Virus record (IMG/VR): IMGVR_UViG_3300044859_001080
Span: 21,298-85,297 of that record
DNA length: 64,000 nt
Source of the DNA: a virus
Strand: one strand, 5' to 3'
Positions 41,157 through 50,676 of this stretch are shown piece by piece (position 1 is the stretch's first letter; the number at the start of each line of letters is the position of its first letter). Under the pieces are notes generated by a model. That model had not been told where the DNA came from. It worked only from the letters and a program-made list of their open reading frames with translations, and did no database searches. Position numbers and translations under genes: made by a program.

Positions 41157-41401
41157 TGGCATTAACACAATCTGAAAAAAAAGAAATTGAAGTTGTTGTT
41201 AGAAAAGAGATTAAAGATTTCTTTGAAAGTAGCACTTTATCCCAATATGAAAATAAGTTAATTGATAAATTACAAAAAGAATTCAGAAGGGGCAAATTTG
41301 AAGGTGAAGTTAAAGACATTACTGTAAAAATGTTTAGAGAGTTTTACCAATTTATGTGGATGAACAGAAGTTATTGGGAGCCTAAATTAAAAAATGCATA
41401 A
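41156..41401 (+). CDS. Hypothetical protein
   Basis: TAATG-coupled 81-aa ORF. Confidence 0.6.
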   Translation: MALTQSEKKEIEVVVRKEIKDFFESSTLSQYENKLIDKLQKEFRRGKFEGEVKDITVKMFREFYQFMWMNRSYWEPKLKNA

Positions 41402-42755
41402 TATGGAAGAACCAAATAAAGTATTTTCAAGTGCAATTGCTAGTGAGTTTGCAAAGAATCCTAGCGCTTATTCATCACAATATGATTATATTAGGATGGT
41501 AAATAATGAGAATAGTTCAAAGGATAGAACAATTATAAACTTAGTAGATATTGAACGTAAACACAATAAAACAAAAGACTCTACAGAATATATTAATTTC
41601 TTGAAAAAAGAATTGCGTAAAGGCGCTGCTGTTGAGAAAGAACATACAGATAGTGTCAAAATGGCAAGAAAAATAGCCAAAGACCACCTATGGGAAGATC
41701 CCCACTATTACAATAAATTAAAAAAGATGGAAACAAAAGAGGCCACTGGTTCAGGATCTGCTGGTGGGTATGTTGAGCCATTGTTTCCCAATCTTGAGAG
41801 TATGAGTGAGGCTTGCTGGAAAGGATATAGGAGAGTAGGGGGTAAAATGAAAAATGGAAAGATGGTTCCAAATTGCGTTCCAATAAAGGAGAGTATATGG
41901 ACAGAAGTTAATTTTAAGCCTATATTTAATGAAAGCAAGGTGGAAGCCAAGGAAGCAACATCAACTGCATCTACAGGGTCATATGAGGTTCCTGGAGCAT
42001 GGGCTAAATCTACAAAAAAGAAAGATTGGAGAGGTAAATCAAAAACGCAAATACCTGGGGGTAAATTTGTGCAAGTAAGAAAGAAATGTTTAAAATTCCC
42101 TTACTGTAACCAAGGCGATATAAAGGCATTAAAATTAACAGAACAAAATATGAACAAGAGAGAAATTCCAAACACAGCCCAAGAATTAATTAGGTTGATG
42201 CCTACTGATTTAAAGAAATTATTTTTTGACCAATGGGGTGCAAAACAATCAACCAAATGGCATCCAGAGGGTAATTCATTAAAGCATATCATTTTGGTAT
42301 TAAGGAGGGCATATAACAAATATGGGGATGATCCTAATATGATTATGGCAGCATTATTCCACGATTTAGGTAAAATGGATACTTATGCTATTAACCCAAA
42401 AACAGGTGAACCAACTGCATATGGACATGATGCAAAATCTGGTGATTATGTAAAGCAATATGCTGATTGGATTTTATCATTTGAGGGAACAAATATTGAT
42501 GTTATTGAATATTTGGTTGTCAATCATATGAAGATGAAGCCATCAACTTGGAGTGTGATGAAACAAGCCAAGAAAGACCCCATAGAGCAGAATCCAGCAT
42601 TTAAAAGTTTGCAAGATTTTGAAACAATTGATATTGGGGGGATTAGTGAGGCTTTAATAAACACTCCAAGATATCATATGATTATTAAAAAAGTTGCTAA
42701 CAAGTGGAATATCAGCGAAAATAAAGTTAGGGAAATAATATCAAATAAAAAATAA
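41394..42755 (+). CDS. Modular protein: DUF5661-like + CWKGY module + HD phosphohydrolase domain
   Basis: G..VEKEHT....A.KIA.DHL.EDP.YY.KL; EACWKGY...G.K.K.GK.VPNCVP; HPEG....H...AALFHDLGK...GH...HM. Confidence 0.75.
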   Translation: MHNMEEPNKVFSSAIASEFAKNPSAYSSQYDYIRMVNNENSSKDRTIINLVDIERKHNKTKDSTEYINFLKKELRKGAAVEKEHTDSVKMARKIAKDHLWEDPHYYNKLKKMETKEATGSGSAGGYVEPLFPNLESMSEACWKGYRRVGGKMKNGKMVPNCVPIKESIWTEVNFKPIFNESKVEAKEATSTASTGSYEVPGAWAKSTKKKDWRGKSKTQIPGGKFVQVRKKCLKFPYCNQGDIKALKLTEQNMNKREIPNTAQELIRLMPTDLKKLFFDQWGAKQSTKWHPEGNSLKHIILVLRRAYNKYGDDPNMIMAALFHDLGKMDTYAINPKTGEPTAYGHDAKSGDYVKQYADWILSFEGTNIDVIEYLVVNHMKMKPSTWSVMKQAKKDPIEQNPAFKSLQDFETIDIGGISEALINTPRYHMIIKKVANKWNISENKVREIISNKK

Positions 42756-42809
42756 TTAACTTTGAATAAAGTAATAATTAAATATATTTATATATAAATA
42801 AAAAATGTT

Positions 42810-43784
42810 ATGAAAAGAAATGATATTGACTCAATAATTAATAGTGTGTTAAATGAAGAATTTAACAAGAGGTCTAATTTATTGTTTGAGAAGAAAGTTA
42901 AGAAGAATGTTGATGAAAAATTAGTTGGAAAACAATCCAAAATTGACAAGAATAAGAACGGCAAAATTGATGCTGAAGATTTCAAGCTATTAAATAAGGG
43001 TAAAAAAGGTAAAGAAGAAGTTAAAGAGAAATTAGTTGGAAAACAATCTAAAATTGATAAGAACAAGAATGGTAAAATTGACTCTGAAGATTTTAAGTTA
43101 TTAAAGAAAGGTAAGAAGAGTGTTAAAATGACCGAAGAAGGTTTGATTTCATTTATTGAAAGTATTATATCTGAGGCAGATAATGATTTTGATTATAAAA
43201 AACCAAAGACATTAAATAATGTTGAAGCATTGTTAAAAAAGTCAAAAAAAGAAAATGAATCAAATTTGGCTAATGTTGGTAAAAAAATGAAAGAATATCT
43301 TAAATATGGATCGAATGGAAAGTATATTGAGAATCCAGATTCTTTTCCAAAGACAAATGGCCAATTAAAGAAGTCAGATATTATGGGATATCGCATGGAT
43401 AGTAATGAAGAAGAATACATTGAAGAATTGGGCAGGGGACCAGGTATGGAAAATTTGGTTTATGATGAAATAGATCCAGATGAGGATAAAATGAAAGAAT
43501 ATATTGAAGGTAGTTCAAAAACTGGGAATAACCCAAAATGGGCAAATTCGGTTGAAACTGATGTTAATGCTAAAGTTAATAAAAGAAGAAAGAATAATTA
43601 CTATGGTGCAGAGAAAAAAAGAGCTTATGAAAAATCATTAGATGTCCATGTAGTTAAAGACAATAATGGGAGACCAGATTTTATTAAAAAAATGCAAGGC
43701 GAATCAGTAGAGAACAATGAATTTTTAAGTGAAGAATTCACTAAAATGAAGAAATTAATAAATTATAATAAAATAACTCAATAA
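42810..43784 (+). CDS. Putative internal head/core protein with two EF-hand-like repeats
   Basis: KLVGKQSKIDKNKNGKID.EDFKLL twice; highly charged. Confidence 0.6.
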   Translation: MKRNDIDSIINSVLNEEFNKRSNLLFEKKVKKNVDEKLVGKQSKIDKNKNGKIDAEDFKLLNKGKKGKEEVKEKLVGKQSKIDKNKNGKIDSEDFKLLKKGKKSVKMTEEGLISFIESIISEADNDFDYKKPKTLNNVEALLKKSKKENESNLANVGKKMKEYLKYGSNGKYIENPDSFPKTNGQLKKSDIMGYRMDSNEEEYIEELGRGPGMENLVYDEIDPDEDKMKEYIEGSSKTGNNPKWANSVETDVNAKVNKRRKNNYYGAEKKRAYEKSLDVHVVKDNNGRPDFIKKMQGESVENNEFLSEEFTKMKKLINYNKITQ

Positions 43785-43847
43785 TTTATAACATAATATC
43801 TACAATTATATTTTTTTTATATTAAAATTCTCCATAGACAATGCACT

Positions 43848-44315
43848 ATGGAGAATTTTTTTAAGTGGCTATCTGTGCCAATACCAAAAGATGAACTTGA
43901 AACTTATTTTAATATGAATAATATTAATAGGGAAAAGGTTGATTTGTTTTTTGATATTTTAATGTCATTAAATAATACAATAAGTAAAACTTATCTTGGT
44001 GATACTAATGACCAGATAATTTCTGTTGACTATACTGATGATGATAAAGAAAAACATTTTAATTGGTGTTGGGTAAAAACTATTGATTCTTTCAAAAAAG
44101 AAAATATCATTTTAAGTAAAGATGGTGATCATTACAAGTATTTGAAGATTTTCTATTTTGATATTTTTTATAATAAGATTGATGGTGTTAATCAAAATGC
44201 AATAAAAATATTCATAGAGGAATTATTCAATATTGAGGGGTTATATAGTAAAGCTGATTTGCAAATATTAACTGAAATATATAAATTACTTGATAAAAAT
44301 TTAGTAAAAAAATAA
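43848..44315 (+). CDS. Hypothetical protein
   Basis: 155-aa ORF. Confidence 0.6.
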   Translation: MENFFKWLSVPIPKDELETYFNMNNINREKVDLFFDILMSLNNTISKTYLGDTNDQIISVDYTDDDKEKHFNWCWVKTIDSFKKENIILSKDGDHYKYLKIFYFDIFYNKIDGVNQNAIKIFIEELFNIEGLYSKADLQILTEIYKLLDKNLVKK

Positions 44316-44327
44316 AATTTAAATAAA

Positions 44328-44516
44328 ATGGAAACGATTCAACAAATCAAACAACTATTAGAATTATTTTATTCTGATGCAGATAGATTCTATCGCAAGG
44401 GGAATAAAAGTGCGGGGACAAGGGCGAGAAAGACAGCACAAGAAATAAAGGCGCTTTTACAAGAAAGCAGACTTGATATAGTTAAACAAAGAAAAACAAC
44501 AACTGAAGGTGAATAA
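44328..44516 (+). CDS. Histone H1-like (Hc1 family) nucleoid protein
   Basis: D..F..KGNKSAGTRARK...EIK...QE.R. Confidence 0.8.
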   Translation: METIQQIKQLLELFYSDADRFYRKGNKSAGTRARKTAQEIKALLQESRLDIVKQRKTTTEGE

Positions 44517-44703
44517 TTACTTGCCAATATTTTACTTTTTGTTTATATTTTCTATTCTGGTGGTGAGTAATATTACTACTAGAATAGTATTTTCTCTTTT
44601 TGGTGACTCAGATTATATTGAAAGAAATAAAATAACAAAACAAGATAAATTATATTTTGGGTTGGCATTTAGTTTTATAATAACATTTATTAAATTTTCA
44701 TAA
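44509..44703 (+). CDS. Small membrane protein
   Basis: GTG start overlapping the upstream stop; two hydrophobic segments. Confidence 0.5.
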   Translation: MNNYLPIFYFLFIFSILVVSNITTRIVFSLFGDSDYIERNKITKQDKLYFGLAFSFIITFIKFS

Positions 44704-44705
44704 GA

Positions 44706-45134
44706 ATGAATTTATATAGTAATTTAAAAGATTTTGAAGGTTATCTATCATCTATAAGAGTGGCGGATAATTTTATATTTATTGATTTAGTTTTACCCAA
44801 AACCTGGTTAATCCCCCAATCATATATGGTAGATAAATTTGTTGTAACATTTGGTATTATGAGTGATGCAGGGAAGACTGGGATAACTTTTGTTATTGAG
44901 AATATTGAGGAAAAATTTAATGCTAGTCTGGAAAAGATATTTAAGATAATTAAGGATAACCAAGAGATTGAACAAAAAAGTCTTTTATTAAATAAGAATA
45001 TTGATATATTAAAAGCATTATTTAATAAGAATAAACTTGATGATTTAAGTAAATTAGAATTTATTATCCCTAAAAATGAATTAAAAGATGGACAAACAGA
45101 AAATGTGGAAAACCCTAGAAGCAGAAAGAAATAA
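44706..45134 (+). CDS. Hypothetical protein
   Basis: 142-aa ORF in operon. Confidence 0.55.
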   Translation: MNLYSNLKDFEGYLSSIRVADNFIFIDLVLPKTWLIPQSYMVDKFVVTFGIMSDAGKTGITFVIENIEEKFNASLEKIFKIIKDNQEIEQKSLLLNKNIDILKALFNKNKLDDLSKLEFIIPKNELKDGQTENVENPRSRKK

Positions 45135-45273
45135 GGATAAAGCTGATTTAGAAAGGGAAAAGATTAAATTAATTAATGAATTAAAAAAATATAAAAAAGA
45201 GGATATTGTTAAGCCTAAAAACAATAAATTAAGTTTCTTGAAAAAATTAAAGATATTATTATGGGGGAATTAG
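45088..45273 (+). CDS. Hypothetical protein
   Basis: 61-aa basic ORF in operon. Confidence 0.45.
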   Translation: MDKQKMWKTLEAERNKDKADLEREKIKLINELKKYKKEDIVKPKNNKLSFLKKLKILLWGN

Positions 45274-45473
45274 AAAAGTTGGCTATGATTTCTGATGCGT
45301 TGCAACAAGTTTTACCACAAGCAAAGGCAACAATTATCTTTGAATTTAATAAAGAAGTTTTTGATTCTATTAATAAGAAATTAAATACAAAGGGTGGGGT
45401 TGATGATAAGAAATTCAAAATAGATATATCAGATATTACTTTTTATTTTGTTTCTGATGAGGCTAACCTGTAA
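45261..45473 (+). CDS. Hypothetical protein
   Basis: 70-aa ORF in operon. Confidence 0.5.
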   Translation: MGELEKLAMISDALQQVLPQAKATIIFEFNKEVFDSINKKLNTKGGVDDKKFKIDISDITFYFVSDEANL

Positions 45474-46092
45474 CTTGTCTATATAGTACAGATGCTTCAA
45501 ACCCATTTTTAATTAACAAATCATATAGATATTTTTTTTGGGTATTGCTTCTACTCTTCAATATCATACAAGATGAATTGTTTGTATTATTCAAATAAAT
45601 TGTCAAACTATCTAAAAATCGTAATGCTTCATCTTCATCTTTTAGGGAAAACAAATAAAATTTAGTATCATTTTGGAGAACAATTTTATGATTTAGAATG
45701 CATATTATTTTTAATCCAGTTACTGACAAATATTTCTTATCAAATTCCTTTATAGTTATTTTTTTGTTTTTTGCAATATCAAATAATTTTTCTTCAACCC
45801 GGTAAGGTTTTATATCAACAAAAAACATATTTGTTTCATTATCAATATAAACTCTTTGGTTTCTACCTAATTCATCTTTTAGATAGGTTGGGCTATCTAA
45901 TTCTCTTATGCTGGAAATTAGCCCCAGTTCAAAAGTACATTCTTCTGTATTTTGAATTCTCTTTTCAAAGAAAACTTCATCAGACTGTTTCATCAATTTA
46001 TTATAAGCAATTACTGCTTTTTTCTTGGTGATGAATTTGTTGATAATTCTCTTTTTCTTCTTATCCTTAAATAAAACAATAAAATAATTCAT
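45463..46092 (-). CDS. Hypothetical basic protein
   Basis: 209-aa ORF filling the gap between + strand genes. Confidence 0.7.
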   Translation of the reverse strand: MNYFIVLFKDKKKKRIINKFITKKKAVIAYNKLMKQSDEVFFEKRIQNTEECTFELGLISSIRELDSPTYLKDELGRNQRVYIDNETNMFFVDIKPYRVEEKLFDIAKNKKITIKEFDKKYLSVTGLKIICILNHKIVLQNDTKFYLFSLKDEDEALRFLDSLTIYLNNTNNSSCMILKSRSNTQKKYLYDLLIKNGFEASVLYRQVTG

Positions 46093-46093
46093 A

Positions 46094-47005
46094 ATGATAA
46101 AAGATTATTATAAAATTTTAGAAATTGAAGAGAATTTCACAGAAGATTTATTAAAAAAAAAATATAGAGACCTTTCCAAGAAATATCATCCAGATATTAA
46201 CCCATCTGGCGCTGATAAATTTAAAGAAATTAGTGAGGCATATGATGTATTATCTGATCCACAGAAGAGGCAATCATATGATTTTGAAAGAAAGGGGGGT
46301 GGGAGATTTTCTGGTCAAGATGATTTATTTTCCCAATTTTTTAATCAAGGGCAAAGAAGAAATGTTCATGTTCCATTAGAGAAGATAATAACATTAAAAT
46401 TAACCCCAATTGAAATATATTTGGGAAAGGTTAAAGAAATTGTATATAACCGAAACATCCCTTGTGATGAATGTAATGGTACTAGAGGTAGTAAGAGGCG
46501 TTGTGGTGAGTGTAATGGTAGTGGGCAAGTGGTTAGAAGGTTTGGTTCTGGTTTTTTTGTGCAACAGATGGTAACAAATTGTCCATCTTGTAGTGGTCTT
46601 GGTGAAATTATTGAACAAAAATGTTTTAAATGTTCTGGAAGTGGGATTAAAGGTGAGGTAAAAACAGTTACCATAGAGTTGCCAAATAATATTGATAATG
46701 GCCAATTCTTGAAATTAAGTAAATTGGGTGATTATGATAAAGTTGATTTTGGTGATTTGGTCATAAAGATTGAAGTTATTAATACTGATGGGTTTAGTAA
46801 AATGGGTAATGATTTAATTTACACATTATTTTTGGATTTTAATGAGGTTGATTTGGGAAAATATATTATACCCCATCCATCAGGATCATTATCAATAACT
46901 GCACCAAATGTTTTTGATACTAGTGTGCCTTTAAGAGTTCCAGGCAAGGGGTATAATGGGGGTGATTTTTATATAAAGAGAGAAGTTAAATTTACAAGAG
47001 GTTAA
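46094..47005 (+). CDS. dnaJ: DnaJ-type co-chaperone
   Basis: DYY.IL...YHPD J-domain, four CxxCxGxG motifs, and a C-terminal GDL.I...LRVPGKG domain. Confidence 0.92.
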   Translation: MIKDYYKILEIEENFTEDLLKKKYRDLSKKYHPDINPSGADKFKEISEAYDVLSDPQKRQSYDFERKGGGRFSGQDDLFSQFFNQGQRRNVHVPLEKIITLKLTPIEIYLGKVKEIVYNRNIPCDECNGTRGSKRRCGECNGSGQVVRRFGSGFFVQQMVTNCPSCSGLGEIIEQKCFKCSGSGIKGEVKTVTIELPNNIDNGQFLKLSKLGDYDKVDFGDLVIKIEVINTDGFSKMGNDLIYTLFLDFNEVDLGKYIIPHPSGSLSITAPNVFDTSVPLRVPGKGYNGGDFYIKREVKFTRG

Positions 47006-47135
47006 TGATGTATTTTATTAATTTAACACCAACATATATTCCAGATATCAATAGATATATACTAACCAATGTTATTGGCAATTCATATCCAAATTTTTTT
47101 GATTTACAATTGTCACATTTTTTTAAATCTATCAT
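46992..47135 (-). CDS. Small CxxC + single-TM protein (not in ORF track)
   Basis: Manual translation gives MIDLKKCDNCKSKKFGYELPITLVSIYLLISGIYVGVKLIKYIINLL* (47 aa). Confidence 0.6.
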   Translation of the reverse strand: MIDLKKCDNCKSKKFGYELPITLVSIYLLISGIYVGVKLIKYIINLL

Positions 47136-47194
47136 AATATATTTTTTATATAAAAATATGTATTATTATAACTTTGTGAATTAAAAATTATTAT

Positions 47195-47470
47195 ATGAGT
47201 AATGTTAATGTTGAAATTTATTTAACTGAATTCTTTTCTTTCTTTGAAAAGAATACCAATGAATTAATAAAATTGGTTAAACTTGAACAAAAATCTTTAT
47301 TCTTTGAAAGAATACGCAAAGCAAGTTATTTTAATTTTGGTCTGGGGGAAGATTTTGTATTAACAAAACAACAAATTGTGGATATATGTGTTCTGGTAAA
47401 TAGGGGTAAAGACCCTTATAGTAATGTAAGATATTTTGATGGACCTTTTGGAAAAATAAATTTGAATTAG
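47195..47470 (+). CDS. Hypothetical protein
   Basis: 91-aa ORF preceded by TAACTTTG at 47169. Confidence 0.6.
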   Translation: MSNVNVEIYLTEFFSFFEKNTNELIKLVKLEQKSLFFERIRKASYFNFGLGEDFVLTKQQIVDICVLVNRGKDPYSNVRYFDGPFGKINLN

Positions 47471-47471
47471 A

Positions 47472-47503
47472 TTTGGAAAATTGATTTGGATAATATATCT
47501 TTG
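47472..47503 (+). promoter_or_regulatory. Bacteroidota sigmaA-type promoter
   Basis: TTTG (47472) -N20- TATCTTTG (47496). Confidence 0.75.
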
Positions 47504-47539
47504 CAACATCAAATTAATCAAAAACAAAAAAACAAAAAT

Positions 47540-48292
47540 ATGAACACATCACTAAACCTTGAAGTACTAAAGACATCAGTTCCTGCAATCTTTGCTGAAA
47601 GACCAGACCCAAGAATGTCTAACAGATATAATTTTGCCAACTCAAGAGTAATCTTGGAAAAATTGGTAGATAGCGGCTGGCAGATAAATTCTGCAAAACA
47701 AGTTGGAGATTCAGATTATTCTGCTCACCAAGTTATTTTAAGACATAATGATTTTCATAATGTTGGTGATGTTCTTCCACAGATTATGTTCAATAATTCC
47801 CACAATGGGACATCAAAAATGGACATCTCAATGGGAATTTATAGATTGGTGTGTTCGAATGGGTTGGTAGTTCCAGCATCAGTTGCTAATAGCATTTCTG
47901 TTAAACATGTGGATTTAAGCACAGACTTTACAGAAGTGATGACAAATGACTTCTTTTCAAAAATCCCAACAATATTCAATAGAATGGGAGAAATGCAAGA
48001 AAGAATGTTGGGGCAAAGAGAAATTGAGGAGTTTGCACAGAGAGCAATTGACATTCGTTTTGACAAGTCAGCCAAAAATGTGGATTTTGAGCAAGTTCTA
48101 AGACCTTACAGAGAGGAGGATCAATCAAATGACCTCTGGACAGTATTTAATCTTGTGCAAGAGAAGGTCATCAAAGGCGGGGTTAAATTCAAGAACACAA
48201 ATAGAAGGTCAAAACCAATTGTCAATTTCATTAATGACAACAAGTTAAACACCCAACTTTGGGAGATTGCTGAAGAGTATTTAGTGGTATAA
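47540..48292 (+). CDS. DUF932/DUF945-family protein
   Basis: P.IFA....S.RY, NSHNGTS, G.YRLVCSNGL, DLW.VFN.VQE..I.GG, N..LW. Confidence 0.85.
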   Translation: MNTSLNLEVLKTSVPAIFAERPDPRMSNRYNFANSRVILEKLVDSGWQINSAKQVGDSDYSAHQVILRHNDFHNVGDVLPQIMFNNSHNGTSKMDISMGIYRLVCSNGLVVPASVANSISVKHVDLSTDFTEVMTNDFFSKIPTIFNRMGEMQERMLGQREIEEFAQRAIDIRFDKSAKNVDFEQVLRPYREEDQSNDLWTVFNLVQEKVIKGGVKFKNTNRRSKPIVNFINDNKLNTQLWEIAEEYLVV

Positions 48293-48298
48293 CTATAA

Positions 48299-48329
48299 AC
48301 CCCCATCTGGATAAGGTGGGGGTATTTTT
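48299..48329 (+). terminator. Intrinsic terminator
   Basis: ACCCCCATCT-GGATA-AGGTGGGGGT followed by a T-run. Confidence 0.75.
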
Positions 48330-48347
48330 AATTAAAAAAAAATACAT

Positions 48348-48635
48348 ATGGAATTTTTAACAAAAATAAAAAATAAATTAAGTTATGATTTAAGTAAAAT
48401 AACTCTTTTCCATAGATTTAAATTGGATTTATTTACAGGAGAAATAGTTTATATTGATATGTATGATAATGATAAAATAAGAGAAATAGTATATTTATCA
48501 AAAGCAGGGTTTTTTATCCATTTAAAAGAAGGTCCGTCAGTTATTGATGGGTATATTGTTACAATTTATTTTAACCCAGTTAATTTAGATGAGATTAAGT
48601 TCTACATAAATAATTTAAATAAAAGAAAAATATGA
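48348..48635 (+). CDS. Hypothetical protein
   Basis: 95-aa ORF. Confidence 0.55.
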   Translation: MEFLTKIKNKLSYDLSKITLFHRFKLDLFTGEIVYIDMYDNDKIREIVYLSKAGFFIHLKEGPSVIDGYIVTIYFNPVNLDEIKFYINNLNKRKI

Positions 48636-48916
48636 AATATGAATTAGTTGTTTATACAATGGACTCTTGTGGGTATTGTACAGACTTTAAAAAATTATTG
48701 GAAGAAGCCAATATTCCTTTTCATGATAGAGACATCTATGAATTTGAAAAAGAATTTGATATGTATACAAAGATAACCAAAACAGAGTTTGTCCCTTCTG
48801 TTATGCTTATAAAGAATCCTGGCGATGCAAATGAGGAAACAGTATTCTTATCCCCCACCAAAGAATATAATACAGTAGAAGAAGCGTGTGAGCTAATTAA
48901 GGGTATTGTTCTATAA
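48632..48916 (+). CDS. Glutaredoxin-like protein
   Basis: VYT...CGYC...L....I.F...D, VP. Confidence 0.85.
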   Translation: MKYELVVYTMDSCGYCTDFKKLLEEANIPFHDRDIYEFEKEFDMYTKITKTEFVPSVMLIKNPGDANEETVFLSPTKEYNTVEEACELIKGIVL

Positions 48917-48946
48917 AAATGGGGGACTAAATTAGTCCCCCATTTT
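48916..48946. terminator. Bidirectional terminator between convergent genes
   Basis: AAAATGGGGGACTAA-A-TTAGTCCCCCATTTT perfect inverted repeat. Confidence 0.85.
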
Positions 48947-48948
48947 AA

Positions 48949-49632
48949 TTATATTACAATAAAATCTTTATCTATTTTATATATTTTTGGCCTTTCTTTC
49001 TGGTATCTTATTGATTCCTTAAATATGTCATACTTATTGATATACACATTATTGTTTTTAACATCAAACACATCCAATATTGCTGATTGAATAAAATCAT
49101 ATTTTATTGGAGATAAATTATGTTTTATGCTAACCATATCATCTTCTGAAGTATTCAAATTTATCTCCATTTCAATCCATTTGATATACCCCAGATTAAA
49201 GACATTATAAGCAATGTTTTTCATTTTATATATCAAACTCCTACCCATAGTAAAAGAGTGTCCGTGGGGGAACGTGGAGGTGTAAATATAAGATTCTATT
49301 GGGGGTTCAATATCTTCTTTTGGGTACAAACAATTCTCTGAATTGTATAATTTATATTTTAATTTAGATACTGGGATTAATTTTGTGGAGTAATTAATTA
49401 AATCAATTGTTCTTAAAATTCTATCATCCCCAACAACATTAGCAAATTGGATATTAAATTCATCAATCAAATCATTCATATTTAAGATTATGCTTGAATT
49501 TGTTTCTCCATTGATTACATAAAAGTTATTGCAATCTGTTACTTGTATTTTGGTATTTGAATCCAGACCAATTTTTGATAAGATAAAATCAGAGAAGAGA
49601 TTACAGATTATAGTTTTCTTATTAATGTTCAT
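48949..49632 (-). CDS. Divergent, truncated S-adenosylmethionine synthetase (MetK)-like protein
   Basis: ICNLFSDFIL...VINGET and GRSLIY..KNIA.NV resemble MetK ICDQISDAIL...VAGEIT and DRSAAY.AR..AKN.V. Catalytic motifs are absent. Confidence 0.45.
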   Translation of the reverse strand: MNINKKTIICNLFSDFILSKIGLDSNTKIQVTDCNNFYVINGETNSSIILNMNDLIDEFNIQFANVVGDDRILRTIDLINYSTKLIPVSKLKYKLYNSENCLYPKEDIEPPIESYIYTSTFPHGHSFTMGRSLIYKMKNIAYNVFNLGYIKWIEMEINLNTSEDDMVSIKHNLSPIKYDFIQSAILDVFDVKNNNVYINKYDIFKESIRYQKERPKIYKIDKDFIVI

Positions 49633-49676
49633 ATTATTTTTTTGTTAAACATATAAATATTATTTTACATTATAAA

Positions 49677-49706
49677 TAAAAAAAGGGGTTTAAATTAAAC
49701 CCCTTT
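49677..49706 (-). terminator. Intrinsic terminator (minus strand)
   Basis: AAAGGGGTTTA-AAT-TAAACCCCTTT hairpin with an A-run on its left, just downstream of the small minus ORF. Confidence 0.75.
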
Positions 49707-49712
49707 GATTTC

Positions 49713-49850
49713 TTAACCTTTTGTTTTCTGCGTGGTGTAGTATTTTTCAACAGTTTTTTTAATTTTGTCCTTCAAGTTTTCTTGTATTTTTGAAGTAGAT
49801 TCGGCAGATTGAACATTTTGGTTTGAATTAGATTTACATCCACATCCCAT
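49713..49850 (-). CDS. Small MGCGCK protein (not in ORF track)
   Basis: Manual translation gives MGCGCKSNSNQNVQSAESTSKIQENLKDKIKKTVEKYYTTQKTKG* (45 aa), with its own TATTTAT motif and terminator. Confidence 0.7.
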   Translation of the reverse strand: MGCGCKSNSNQNVQSAESTSKIQENLKDKIKKTVEKYYTTQKTKG

Positions 49851-49950
49851 AGTTTTATTATTTATATATAAATATATTGATATTTATAAAAAAAATAAAT
49901 CTTATTTTGATTTTTGATTTTTTAAAATTATATTGAATAAAAAAAAGAAG

Positions 49951-50676
49951 ATGATGATGAAGGAAAAACTTAATTCGGATTGGTTATTTAGATCCCCTAT
50001 TGATTTTGAATATAATAAATACATTGCTTTAAATTATATAAAAAATTCTGAAAACAGATTAAATGATTTGAAGATATACCCAGATTTGCATGAAATTACA
50101 ATTAATTTAATTAATATAGCATCAATTGGTAAGGAGAGTAAGACCATATCTTTGAGTAGAATATTAAATGAATTTGACGATGATATTGAGATTGGTGATT
50201 TCAATTACAATGAAATACCTGAATTGATTAGCAAGGATAAGATTGAGGTTAATAAAACAATTAATTTCACATATCCAAAACTTCTTGATTTATTTAATTT
50301 TGCAAAATCAATATGGACATTAGCTTTTGAGAATATTGATGTTAAACTTAAAAAAAATGCCAAAGCCCCAACCAATAGTGGATACTTTTATTATTTTGAC
50401 AAAGTTGATAATATTGTGTATATTTATTCGTTTGATATTATTTTGAAAAATGAGAAATATGAATCAAGCAGTTCATTTAAAGAAATTTATATTGGTGATT
50501 ATGGGGGGAAGGTTTCAATTAGTACAATAATGGATAAATTAAAAGAAAATAATTGTGATATTAATAAACCTATATTTGAGATAACAACAAAACAATATTT
50601 TCCAGTAAGGGAAACACTATTACCTATGGCAAAACGTAAATTAATTTTAAAAAATATTCAAACAAAAAACTTATGA
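49951..50676 (+). CDS. Hypothetical protein
   Basis: ORF with several in-frame ATGs from 49951 (PIDFEYNKY..L.Y). Confidence 0.6.
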   Translation: MMMKEKLNSDWLFRSPIDFEYNKYIALNYIKNSENRLNDLKIYPDLHEITINLINIASIGKESKTISLSRILNEFDDDIEIGDFNYNEIPELISKDKIEVNKTINFTYPKLLDLFNFAKSIWTLAFENIDVKLKKNAKAPTNSGYFYYFDKVDNIVYIYSFDIILKNEKYESSSSFKEIYIGDYGGKVSISTIMDKLKENNCDINKPIFEITTKQYFPVRETLLPMAKRKLILKNIQTKNL

